A stretch of DNA of 60,642 nucleotides from Actinomycetota bacterium (GTDB lineage Bacteria > Actinomycetota > Acidimicrobiia > Acidimicrobiales > CADCTF01), in contig JAXDPV010000245.1 of NCBI GenBank assembly GCA_034668185.1, forward strand, positions 1 to 60,642, written 5' to 3'. Shown piece by piece: positions 37,312-46,100 of the stretch. The notes under the pieces were generated by a model. The model was not told where the DNA came from and searched no databases. It worked only from the letters and a program-made list of their open reading frames with translations. The position numbers were made by a program, and so were the translations under genes. Every line of letters begins with the position of its first letter. The first letter of the stretch is position 1.

Positions 37312-37564
37312 GTCGGTTGATCGCCACGGTCCCCCAGGACGCGGAGTCGGTCGGGCCGGGTTCCCCAGCGCCCGACCCGGCCGAGCCGCCGTCCCTGCGT
37401 CGCGAGCCCGGAGTCTCGGCGGTCGGCGACCAGCCCACCACGCAACAAGCAGGAATACACATCCAGTAGGACGAAATACCTCTCTGGCGGGGTCTAAGCA
37501 GCAGTTTCGGCTGGTCTGTTCCTGTCCGTGGGGCCGTCCCAAATAGCGGGAGGAACAACAACAC

Positions 37565-39358
37565 ATGACCATGTCCATCTGGCGCCGTCGCACGGTGCCT
37601 TTGCTGCTCGGGGTGCTCCTAGCCGCGGGCTTGATCGTCGCTCAGCCAAAGCCCGAGCCGGCCTTCGCTGCGTGCGATATTGCCGACCCGACCGCCCAGG
37701 CTTGCATCGACACTGTCACCGGCCAGGTCGACTACTGGAGGAACTGGAGCCAGCCGACCATCGACGCCGCCGTGGCGTCCGCACAAGCAACGGCCCAGCA
37801 GTGCCTTCAAGACTGTCAGGTACTGATCAACTCGTTTGTCGCGGAGGCCCAATACCTCGCCGGGTTCGCCTACGCGCACACCTGCGGGCCGAGCGCCGTC
37901 ATCGTCGGCTGGCCGTCGTGCGAACAGTTGCTGTCGAACGTCATAGCGCTCGTAGTCCAGACCGGGACCAGCATCGTCTATGGCTTGCTTGACCAGGCCA
38001 CCCGACCGGACTACCCGGCCCAACTTGCCGCCACCGTGACGACGTTGGCGCTGGCGATTGTCGACATCTTTGTCACCATTGCGAACAACGTGGTCAACCT
38101 GCTCATGCCAACCGCGCAGGGGGCCGTCGCCCAAGCCGGTGCGATCGTCAACCCGGTCGTGGCTCAGGCCACCGGTACAGTCAATGGCGCCGTCGCCCAA
38201 GCCACCGGCATCGTCAACCCGGTCGTCGGACAGGTCCAGTCAATCGCCAACAATCCGCTGGCAGCAGCGCAGCCGGTCTTCGGACTGGTCAACAGCATCG
38301 TTGGCACGGTCCAAGCGGCGGCGGCCAGCCTGCAGCCGACCGTCGACCAGGCAACCTATACGGCGCTGCAAACCGTCAACAGTGCCCTCACGACGTTGCA
38401 AGGCACAGTGGCGTTCATCGCCAGCCAAGTGCCTGACCCGAACTCGGCGGCGGCACAGGTCGTGGCGCTTGCGAACAGCACGCTGCCGACCGTGATGCAG
38501 GCGGTCGCCCAGGTTCAAGCCGTTGCATTCAGGGTGACTGGACTGGCAGCGCCCGATGGTGACAACAACACCGGTGACGCCGGTTCGTCTGGTGGACTGC
38601 CGTCAACCGATCCGGCCTACTACGTCGAGGTGGCCAAGAAGTTGGTAGTGGCCACGCAGTACGAGACCGACGTCGACTACGGCCTCGCCAAGTACCTTGA
38701 TCCAACCACGGAGTCGGCAGTTGTCAGCGCGCCCGATCACTGCTATCTCGACCCGATGGAGCACTTCGGCACGAGCAGCACTAGAAGCTCTACGTGCTAC
38801 GGCTCGCCGGGGCCGGTGAAGCCGACGCCGAGAATTGCCGAACATCCAGACAACGAGTTGGCCAACCACCCGCTCTACTTGCAATCCCGCGAGTACACCT
38901 GTGCACCTTCGAGCGCTCGGGAAGTCCTGCAGTACTACACGCACTCCGACTTCGGTGAGATGAACCTCGCCAACGAGATGGGAACTAACTCAAGCAACGG
39001 CACCTATTGGGACACGATGGTCAAGGTCATGAATCGCAAGAGCACCATCCAGTATCTTGGCGAAACGATTGGCGGTCCCGACAAGCTGATGACGCGTGTG
39101 GTCTACGACGTCAACGGTGATCGTGAGCTAGCCCACGGCACCGTCCTGAACGTCAACCAGAGCCACCTTAGTTACTGGCATCGGACGGCGAACGACTACA
39201 ACAAGCACTACTTGGTGGCCTCGGGCTACAACTTCCGCTCCGGTGGTCATGTGATTCTGCTCGATGGCGGCAACCAAGGAGTGCTGGGGCGTCATGACGT
39301 GGCGTTGACTGAGGCTTACCAAGCCGTCGCGGCCAACAAGTCGCTCATCATCTGGTGA
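37565..39358 (+). CDS. Secreted protein: Ala/Gln/Val-rich repeat region plus C-terminal papain-fold (C39-like) cysteine peptidase domain
   Basis: Signal peptide MTMSIWRRRTVPLLLGVLLAAGLIVAQP...AFA. Good Shine-Dalgarno sequence (GGGAGGAAC). The C-terminal part has Q-x5-C context LQSREYTCAPSSAREVLQYY and His context NKHYLVASGY...VILLDGG, resembling C39-like peptidases (from memory). Confidence 0.6.
   Translation: MTMSIWRRRTVPLLLGVLLAAGLIVAQPKPEPAFAACDIADPTAQACIDTVTGQVDYWRNWSQPTIDAAVASAQATAQQCLQDCQVLINSFVAEAQYLAGFAYAHTCGPSAVIVGWPSCEQLLSNVIALVVQTGTSIVYGLLDQATRPDYPAQLAATVTTLALAIVDIFVTIANNVVNLLMPTAQGAVAQAGAIVNPVVAQATGTVNGAVAQATGIVNPVVGQVQSIANNPLAAAQPVFGLVNSIVGTVQAAAASLQPTVDQATYTALQTVNSALTTLQGTVAFIASQVPDPNSAAAQVVALANSTLPTVMQAVAQVQAVAFRVTGLAAPDGDNNTGDAGSSGGLPSTDPAYYVEVAKKLVVATQYETDVDYGLAKYLDPTTESAVVSAPDHCYLDPMEHFGTSSTRSSTCYGSPGPVKPTPRIAEHPDNELANHPLYLQSREYTCAPSSAREVLQYYTHSDFGEMNLANEMGTNSSNGTYWDTMVKVMNRKSTIQYLGETIGGPDKLMTRVVYDVNGDRELAHGTVLNVNQSHLSYWHRTANDYNKHYLVASGYNFRSGGHVILLDGGNQGVLGRHDVALTEAYQAVAANKSLIIW
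38123..38233 (+). repeat. Intragenic 66-nt (22-aa) tandem repeat, about 2 copies
   Basis: GCCGTCGCCCAAGCC...ATCGTCAACCCGGTCGT occurs at 38123 and again at 38189. It encodes AVAQAGAIVNPVVAQATGTVNG and AVAQATGIVNPVVGQVQSIANN. Confidence 0.6.
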
Positions 39359-40488
39359 GCATGGTCCAGGCACGACACCGCCAGAAGCGCCGTTGCTTCC
39401 TGCTGACGGCGGTGTCGTGCCTGGCGCTCGCGGTGCCGGCCTGTTCGCCTGGTAGTTCGACGAAGACAGAGGTGGGCGGTGGCTCGTCAACCACGGCCCA
39501 CGGCCAGGCGCCGATCGTGCGGGAGATCGCCCGCATTCCGGCAGCCGATGCATCCTGGGTCGATATCTCGGGACAACGCCTCACTTGGACGACCGCCAGC
39601 CAGCCGGGCGGTCGGCACGACGAAGTGGTGGTCTACGACCTCACAACCAAGCAACAACAGATCGCCGCTCGGCCGGGGACAAGGGGCGGTGTCACCGACT
39701 GGTCGCGCATCAGCGACACAACCGTGGCTTATACCGACCAAGCGGCAGACCTCAACGCCGACAACAGCACCGGGCATTCGCCGTGGCGCATCATGGTGTT
39801 GAATCTAAGCACCGGTAAGAGCCAGGTCGTCGACCAAGACCGATCCGTGGCCGAGCAGGCCTTCGTACCGACGGTGGAGCTCCACCTGCCGTGGGTGGCG
39901 TGGTTGCGTCCGACTGGTCGACCTAACCACTACGACTTGATGGTCTTGAATCTCGAGACCAACCAGCGCCGGACTGTGGCCGCTGACGGCGACATCTTCG
40001 ACATCGGTCTCACTAGCTCGAGCGTCACTTACTCCCTGCCGGCGAGCGAACAGGGCGGCCGAAACCTGTTCGTCGCCGAGCTCGTATCCGGTTCGTCGCC
40101 CAAGCAGCTGACCACAACCGGCGCCGTGACTGAAGGCGGCAAACACGGCGGCAGGGTGGCCGTCTATGCCGAGGCCAAGGCCGGCACGGGAGCGGTCTAC
40201 GTCGTGCCCCTGGCCGGTGGTCCGCCGCAGTTGCTGAGCGATGCCGTTTCGGAAGCACCGAATCCGGTCGGCAGCGAGGCTTTCGCCGCTTGGTGGAACG
40301 GCAGTGGCGACGTCCAAGTCGGCTCGTTTACATCGGGGCGGCCGGTAACGACTGTTGGGCCGAAGGGCTACTCACACGTGCCGAGTCGCATCACAGCGGA
40401 TGGCGACTTGGTGGTCTGGGGCGAGGTCAAAGACATCAACCAGCCGGACGCGGCTGAGCTGGTGGTCAGCAAGGTGGCGGTGGGATAG
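39355..40488 (+). CDS. Lipoprotein, probable beta-propeller (TolB-like)
   Basis: Signal plus lipobox (CFLLTAVSCLALAVPACS). Repeated beta-strand-rich segments. The start (GTG 39355 or ATG 39361) overlaps or abuts the upstream stop. Confidence 0.55.
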   Translation: MSMVQARHRQKRRCFLLTAVSCLALAVPACSPGSSTKTEVGGGSSTTAHGQAPIVREIARIPAADASWVDISGQRLTWTTASQPGGRHDEVVVYDLTTKQQQIAARPGTRGGVTDWSRISDTTVAYTDQAADLNADNSTGHSPWRIMVLNLSTGKSQVVDQDRSVAEQAFVPTVELHLPWVAWLRPTGRPNHYDLMVLNLETNQRRTVAADGDIFDIGLTSSSVTYSLPASEQGGRNLFVAELVSGSSPKQLTTTGAVTEGGKHGGRVAVYAEAKAGTGAVYVVPLAGGPPQLLSDAVSEAPNPVGSEAFAAWWNGSGDVQVGSFTSGRPVTTVGPKGYSHVPSRITADGDLVVWGEVKDINQPDAAELVVSKVAVG

Positions 40489-41100
40489 CCACCGTCGCAG
40501 CCTGTCGAATGGGTCAGCCAGCGAGCCGCAGCTTTCAGATTCCGGCTGGCGCGACCGCGACCGTGAATGGTCATTTTCGGGTGGGTTGCTGAATCTTCCA
40601 GGACATTTATCCTCGCCAACAACTGGTAACGATGGGGTACGGCGGCAGTGGTCATTCGGGGCTTGGCTTGGGTTGTGTTTCATGGCCGCGGCTGTTCGTT
40701 GTTCTCGGAGCCACCGATCCGTTTCGTGCTTCTGCCGCCACCGGATCGCGACCAAGGAAACGACCAGCGACTCGGCGATTGCCATGATGGCCACAACTGT
40801 CTGCCCGCTCACGTTTGTACGGACTACCACTCCTTTACGCAACGTGGCCCCCATCCGACTCGCCGAGGCCAACGGGCCTTGCTCGCAGTCACCAATTCGA
40901 AGCCGCGTTCTGAGGGTCCACCGCCGCGTCCCCACAAGGGTGTAATTACAGTGATGTGAGCTTCCATGATGGACCGCAGTTTGCATGATATACTTGGAAA
41001 GTCATGAAAATTTCGTCCCGATTTTTGGGGCGGCGACTCCAGTGGGCCTCCAGTCACGTCGAAGGCCAAGGGTGCAGGCCGCGAGCCACGAGGCTTCACC

Positions 41101-41826
41101 TTGGAAGGTGAGCCTCCATTATCAGGCGATGCCAGGCGGCTTCGTTTCGATGCCGACATGAGCTTCGCTCTAGCTGGCGGCGCCGACTACCACGATGCTG
41201 AAGCTGTAGTAGGGCGTCCGGTCAGTCTCGTTGCCGACGATTCACGAACCAGCGGTGCCGCCGGTGAGGTTGAGGGGCACTGGGCGGACGATACAGATAC
41301 GTTGATCGGTCTCGTTGGACACCTCGAAAGTGCGCTGATCTCCGAAGAACTCGAGATTGCCGGTGAGCTTGAAGGGGAGCTGCGTAACCTGGTCGTGAGG
41401 CGACGTACTCTTGGGTTCTGGTTGCTTACCTTCCTTGCGACCCGCGAACACCAAGCATCGCGGTACATGTCTGCCGCGTTCTGTGAGGACTACGCACGCG
41501 CTCATGGCCTTCTCCCCACAGGGATCCTTGTGGGCCACTTCCGCGACCGTGATGAATGGGTGAGCTCACGGGCTTGGCTGGCGATGAACCACTTGCTCGA
41601 CGAGCCCGGTGAACTTGACATGGCGATGAGTGAACTCGACGTACTCACGTTCGCGGCGGGCGAGGAGGGGTTATATGTCGAAGCCGAGGCGCCGGACGGC
41701 CTTGTCTCGTCGCAGAATTGCCTTGGCGAGGTTGGGGAACTCTGGAGCGTGTCTGGCGCAGAGCGTCCGGAAGGCGGCGAACGCTGCCTCGGTAAACGCG
41801 GCGAGTTCGGTTTGCCGTCCGACTGA
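41101..41826 (+). CDS. Doubtful hypothetical ORF (TTG start), convergent with and overlapping the protease gene
   Basis: 241-aa ORF with no recognisable motifs. Its last 156 nt are antisense to the 3' end of 41671..42789. Third-position GC does not discriminate it from the opposite strand. Confidence 0.2.
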   Translation: MEGEPPLSGDARRLRFDADMSFALAGGADYHDAEAVVGRPVSLVADDSRTSGAAGEVEGHWADDTDTLIGLVGHLESALISEELEIAGELEGELRNLVVRRRTLGFWLLTFLATREHQASRYMSAAFCEDYARAHGLLPTGILVGHFRDRDEWVSSRAWLAMNHLLDEPGELDMAMSELDVLTFAAGEEGLYVEAEAPDGLVSSQNCLGEVGELWSVSGAERPEGGERCLGKRGEFGLPSD

Positions 41827-42789
41827 ACTTGCCTCATGGACAAGCTCAGCGAACTCCTCGCGGAGCGCGTCGAACTCGACGAGGCTAAGCCACCGACTAG
41901 CTGGTGTTTGCGCACTCCTCCAAGCGTCGAAGGCGTTCACGAGGTTCTGGAAGAAGGTGAACGGCGACTCGCGAATCCAGGTGACATTCGCCGGCTTGGC
42001 ATCGGACAGCAAATCAGCTACGTATGACAAGGCGTTGTGGGCGTTCTCGCCCGCATCATGTGACAGCCCGTCGGGGTCCGCAGCCTTCAGGTCGTCGCTG
42101 AACATTTTAAGGACTGCACCGCGGAAGAAATCCCATTGCCAATCTGGAGTGCCCTGTCGGCGGTCGCCGAAAGTGAAGATCCGGGCCACATGGCCAATTG
42201 GCGCGATGTAACCCGTCTTGGTGCCGGGCCTGCCGCGCAAGAGGATCCCGCCAAGGATGTTCTCATCGTCGTCCGTCCAGAGGGTGTCGCCACTATCGCC
42301 GTGCTCGAAGAGAAAGTCTTGACCTTCAGATAGAAGAACTTGCACCTCGGCGCAGTGGTCGTGATTGCCCTGGACTCGGCACTCGAAGATCGTGTCTCCG
42401 TCGTTGGGTCGATGAGCGATGCCACGGAGCTTCATTCCTCGCGTGAGGACAAAATCAGGTGCGATTGTGGCGGGCTCGGCCTCGGTGGGGATGTCGGTGA
42501 CGCGGAGATTGGCGATGTCGGCATCCTTCGCGTGCAGTACTCGTCCCACGACGGCGGTTCCCCGCCAATCCCGGTCGATGAATGGGAAGCCAACCGTTAG
42601 CGTCTTGCCCTTGATGCTTGGCCAATGGCCACGACGCTCCGCGTTAACCGCATCCTCAACGACGTGCGCCGGCGTAACGATCGTGTCCTCAAGAACCGCG
42701 AGGACACCATGACCAACGGCGTCACCGTCCCTTCCGTAGATGCAAACTGTTGTGTTTGTCCAGGGCTCGTTCTGATCGTTCGCGGTCAT
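41671..42789 (-). CDS. Cytoplasmic trypsin-like serine protease fused to an unassigned C-terminal helical domain
   Basis: 372 aa with no signal peptide. Catalytic triad contexts TPAHVV (His), DADIANLRV (Asp) and EHGDSGDTLW (Ser). The C-terminal roughly 170 aa are helical and unassigned. A GGAAGG Shine-Dalgarno sequence lies inside the upstream gene. Confidence 0.8.
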   Translation of the reverse strand: MTANDQNEPWTNTTVCIYGRDGDAVGHGVLAVLEDTIVTPAHVVEDAVNAERRGHWPSIKGKTLTVGFPFIDRDWRGTAVVGRVLHAKDADIANLRVTDIPTEAEPATIAPDFVLTRGMKLRGIAHRPNDGDTIFECRVQGNHDHCAEVQVLLSEGQDFLFEHGDSGDTLWTDDDENILGGILLRGRPGTKTGYIAPIGHVARIFTFGDRRQGTPDWQWDFFRGAVLKMFSDDLKAADPDGLSHDAGENAHNALSYVADLLSDAKPANVTWIRESPFTFFQNLVNAFDAWRSAQTPASRWLSLVEFDALREEFAELVHEASSVGRQTELAAFTEAAFAAFRTLCARHAPEFPNLAKAILRRDKAVRRLGFDI

Positions 42790-43098
42790 TTACGCCTTCC
42801 ACTTCACGGTCACGGTTGCGCTCGCGTCGACGGTCCCCGTAAAGAGAACCAGATCAGCCTCGCTACTCAAGCCGACGCTGAACTGCAGCTCTACTTCGTA
42901 GGACCCCGTGAGGTCCTTGGCCAAGCCATCCCGCAACAGCTGCGTCGTTTTGCCGATGGCACTAATCGATCGACGAAGCTGATGGTCCAAGCCCTCCCTA
43001 ACACGGTCCCCGCGTGAGAGTGGGACCGGTCCAGCGATACTGGTTGCGACGGGCTGGATAAGCACCCACGTCCCGTCGTCGAGGTTGAGCTTCAACAT
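42790..43098 (-). CDS. Trypco2-like (trypsin co-occurring domain 2) small protein
   Basis: 102 aa: MLKLNLDDGTWVLIQP... with C-terminal YEVELQFSVGLSSEADLVLFTGTVDASATVTVKWKA. This matches the pattern I remember for this family (..VEVEFGVKLSAEAG....G.ANFKVTL.W). The stop TAA abuts the protease ATG. Confidence 0.65.
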   Translation of the reverse strand: MLKLNLDDGTWVLIQPVATSIAGPVPLSRGDRVREGLDHQLRRSISAIGKTTQLLRDGLAKDLTGSYEVELQFSVGLSSEADLVLFTGTVDASATVTVKWKA

Positions 43099-43422
43099 GA
43101 GGCGATCTCCCTGGAGGGACGCGCCGGCGCGCCATTGGACCGAGGCGAAGGAGAGGAGGGGTATCCGTGCTGTTGAAGAATCAAGTAGTAGTGGATGTAG
43201 GTGTACCCCACGTGAGCGTGAGCGGGTGAATGCCGCAATTCTTACCCAACTCTGCTTCCGCGGTCCAGAACAGTGACTGCGTCACTGGTCACGGTCAGAC
43301 GGGATAGCTGTTCCTGACGGTGGAACTACCCAGCGCAGGTGCTTCGGCGGCTTCTTGGCGCTGGCTATGGTGTTCGGGCCGAATGTGGGTGCAGTTTCCC
43401 CGGTATCCTCCCCGATAGTGAC

Positions 43423-43445
43423 AGAGGACCTCTGGACAGTCCTCT
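43423..43445. promoter_or_regulatory. Possible TetR operator (inverted repeat)
   Basis: AGAGGAC-N9-GTCCTCT, about 60 nt upstream of the TetR start at 43502. Confidence 0.2.
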
Positions 43446-43501
43446 ATTCAAGAGAGAAGATTGTTGATGAGCCAGGTCAACTACTGATCGGGTAGGTTCC
43501 C

Positions 43502-44272
43502 GTGCCCCGACTGCCGCAACCAGCTGAGCCATTCCGGTTCCTGATCGAGTCGCAACCACGGGTTGTGCTACGGAGCGCGCAAGGCGTTCAGTCGTGTGAC
43601 AGTCCCCACTACGAGCGACTGAGCAGCGCCGCTATCGAACTCTTCAGCGAACGAGGCCTGGACGGCGTGCGTTTCTCCGATGTCTGCGAGGCCGCTGGTC
43701 TGTCCCGTCAAACAGGGTACCGATTGTTCCCTCGTGGGCTGGATGCCCTTACGGAATACCTTGAAGTCTGCACGCTGGCCGCGATCATCCAGAGCATTAG
43801 CAAGAAGCGGCGGTCGATGCACTCGAGTGTCGGGTTCAAGCAGACCTTCGAAGCGGGTGTTGAGGGTGTTGTTGAGGCGTTTCGTCAAGCTCCATGGACT
43901 CGCGAAGTGCTCCGCTGGAACAGAGGGCTCCTAGCTAGTTATCTGCTCAACACAGATCCGGATGGCCTCTGGGCCGTCCTTTCCAGCTACACAGCTGCCT
44001 GCGCCAGGTCGTTCCGCTGCCTGACCGACAATGTTGACGAACACGCGAAGACCTTGGTGTGGGAAGTCCTCTCTACATGGCTCGTCAAGTACCCACCTCC
44101 TGAGGACCGGCGCCTTGCGTGGCCGCACATCGAGCATGTTCGTGCCGTGATAATGGAGCCGCTGGAACGCTTCATTGCAGTCGTGCGGCCTAGCAATGAA
44201 GAGCAAGACAGCGCCGCGGTTCCGGACGTTGCCGTGCCATCAGCCCTCGAGCCGAGCCAGGCGGCGTTCTGA
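43502..44272 (+). CDS. TetR-family transcriptional regulator
   Basis: GTG start. HTH region ERLSSAAIELFSERGLDGVRFSDVCEAAGLSRQTGYRLFP. Confidence 0.75.
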   Translation: MPRLPQPAEPFRFLIESQPRVVLRSAQGVQSCDSPHYERLSSAAIELFSERGLDGVRFSDVCEAAGLSRQTGYRLFPRGLDALTEYLEVCTLAAIIQSISKKRRSMHSSVGFKQTFEAGVEGVVEAFRQAPWTREVLRWNRGLLASYLLNTDPDGLWAVLSSYTAACARSFRCLTDNVDEHAKTLVWEVLSTWLVKYPPPEDRRLAWPHIEHVRAVIMEPLERFIAVVRPSNEEQDSAAVPDVAVPSALEPSQAAF

Positions 44273-44333
44273 GACGACCCAGTCCGAGTGGACGAGCCCC
44301 TCATTCGAGTTCGTCGGGACTCGACCCGCGCTC

Positions 44334-45080
44334 TCACCACTCCCACCACACTCCGTACAGCTGATCCCGCCGCGGGTTTTCGATCCGACACCTGGCTATG
44401 CCGTCGGTGATGTCAAGTTCCGTTCGCTCGTGTCCGAAGCCGACGTCCAACACGCTGTCGGCTACTAAGGCCCAAACATGGGTTGGCAACTCCTCGTCCA
44501 TGAAGGCCATCACGAAGCGGATGCTCTTCGGCCGCCAGTCCCTGGGGAAGCCGTACAGCACCAGTGGCAAGGACGGCCCAGCCTCCGGATTGGTATAGCC
44601 GATGTTCTGACCGCTACTGAGGTGCTCGTCCTCTTTTTCGTAGCGCATCACCTCGACGCCAGCGACTCGCTTGTTCTTGACGCCGGCAGTGATCACCAAT
44701 TGGCCATCAAACTGATCGGTCAGGAGTTGGCTTCGCAGTTCACCGAGTGTCCGATCTGACCAACGAGCCAGTGTCTTGACATCCCGGCCGATCACCGTGG
44801 CCAAGCCAGCCCGTCGCTCGCCCAGCCAGTCCCGCTCGCGACTGGTCGGCGCTCGCTGCAGCAGTTCCGGGAGCTCCAAGCCGAAGTCCACCTTGAGCGC
44901 CCGTATCCGGTCGCCGTCTCCCATACGGTTGAGCAGCAAGCACAAGGCTTGGTAGGCCTCGCCGGGATCGCTGGTGGCCAAGGCCGACAGCACGGCCGGG
45001 GAATCTGCCAGCCGGTCAGGGTTCAGGCCGCGTCCCTCCCGGAGCTTCTTCAGTTCGCTGAGCGCCCGGTCGGTGTCCAT
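44334..45080 (-). CDS. Hypothetical protein (helical N-domain, beta-rich C-domain)
   Basis: 248-aa ATG-initiated ORF with no motif I can assign. The N-terminal part has HTH-like character (RDVKTLARWSDRTLGEL). Confidence 0.5.
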   Translation of the reverse strand: MDTDRALSELKKLREGRGLNPDRLADSPAVLSALATSDPGEAYQALCLLLNRMGDGDRIRALKVDFGLELPELLQRAPTSRERDWLGERRAGLATVIGRDVKTLARWSDRTLGELRSQLLTDQFDGQLVITAGVKNKRVAGVEVMRYEKEDEHLSSGQNIGYTNPEAGPSLPLVLYGFPRDWRPKSIRFVMAFMDEELPTHVWALVADSVLDVGFGHERTELDITDGIARCRIENPRRDQLYGVWWEW

Positions 45081-45279
45081 TGCGGTGTCCCTCTTTTGGG
45101 GTGCAGCTGGCCTATCTCAGCACCACGCTGACCATGCACGCTTCGCCTCGAGTCCAAGCCGTTTCAATGAGACCGGAGCCCGCCATGCCCAACAACCTTG
45201 ACCGCTTCCGCCCATCCCACCGCCGTCCCTGGCAGCCAGCCTCATCGAGCGCAGCCGTGCCCGAGCCACCAACCGATCC

Positions 45280-45552
45280 TTGGCGGCCGTCGAGCACCGC
45301 ACCGTCGTCCGCGTCGCCAGCGTCCAAGCCGAAGGCCTGGTCCAGACCGTCAAGCTCCACGAGGTTGACTCCCTGACCCGAGAAGCCATGAGTGGCCAAG
45401 CCCTGCTGCGCCGGTGGAGCGACACCCTCGCCCAAGGTGATCCCTTCATGGCCGACGAACTGCGCTTCTTCACCGACATGGCTCGGCTCGGTAAGGGCGA
45501 GATCATTGCCGACACCATCGACAGCTTCTGCCGCGAGAGCCGATCCCGATGA
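45280..45552 (+). CDS. Small hypothetical protein, first gene of the transfer-operon-like array (start uncertain)
   Basis: TTG start in the ORF track; an internal ATG (MSGQALL) is also possible. The stop overlaps the next start. Confidence 0.3.
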   Translation: MAAVEHRTVVRVASVQAEGLVQTVKLHEVDSLTREAMSGQALLRRWSDTLAQGDPFMADELRFFTDMARLGKGEIIADTIDSFCRESRSR

Positions 45553-45764
45553 CGCTGCTCATCCTGTTCCTGCTGTCACTGGCCGCACTGGTGGCGGTCG
45601 TCTTCTTGCTCGGCTTTCGTCTCGGCGGCGATCACTGGCAACGCCGGCTGTTAGAAGTCAGGCTGCAGGCCGCCGCAGCCGAACGCTCGCTCCATAACCT
45701 CACCCGCCAAGCGTTCGTAGCCATGGCCGAAGAGGTCGAGCGACGGCGCAGCCCCGGTTCGTGA
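45549..45764 (+). CDS. Small membrane protein
   Basis: 71 aa. MTLLILFLLSLAALVAVVFLLGF is a TM helix. ATGA and GTGA overlaps with both neighbours. Confidence 0.5.
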   Translation: MTLLILFLLSLAALVAVVFLLGFRLGGDHWQRRLLEVRLQAAAAERSLHNLTRQAFVAMAEEVERRRSPGS

Positions 45765-45946
45765 AGCCCGGCGGGCTGGCCGGTCGGCTGCTGCAGCGGT
45801 GCGCCGCACTCGCCGTCTGCGCCTGGCTGCTCGACCAGGCCTGGCGACTGCTGCGGCCGTTGCTGCCGGGGCTGACCGCCTTGTTCATTGGCGCCAACGT
45901 ACTGACGTGGTTGGTCGGTCCGTACGTCGGCCGCCGTCGGGGGTAG
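45761..45946 (+). CDS. Small membrane protein
   Basis: 61 aa with two hydrophobic segments (CAALAVCAWLL and LTALFIGANVLTWLVG). Confidence 0.4.
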   Translation: MKPGGLAGRLLQRCAALAVCAWLLDQAWRLLRPLLPGLTALFIGANVLTWLVGPYVGRRRG

Positions 45947-45970
45947 CCGCCGGGTGTTGTCAATAAGACG

Positions 45971-46000
45971 TTGACGACGCGCGGTCCGGCTTCGTATAGC
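45971..46000 (+). promoter_or_regulatory. Candidate promoter upstream of the T4CP gene block
   Basis: TTGACG (45971-45976), 18-nt spacer, TATAGC (45995-46000). A strong Shine-Dalgarno sequence (GGAAGGGAGG) precedes GTG 46101. Confidence 0.3.
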
Positions 46001-46100
46001 GGGAAGTAGGAGCACAGCCGGCGGAAGGCATCCACGCAGAGCCCTTCTTCGACGCGCCCATCAACACCAATCCAAACCGAGGAAGGGAGGAACGCAACCA

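Noticed and set aside
40372-40986. 204-aa minus-strand ORF with one hydrophobic segment in the AT-richer gap
   Set aside because: Its 3' third is antisense to the lipoprotein gene. It has no Shine-Dalgarno sequence or recognisable motif, and its residue composition is poor (many Arg/Ser/His). It is kept only as part of the unassigned-region finding.
41004-41111. 35-aa ORF (MKISSRFLGRRLQW...) just downstream of the extended -10-like TGATATACT
   Set aside because: It is too short and basic, has no Shine-Dalgarno sequence, and nothing distinguishes it from chance.
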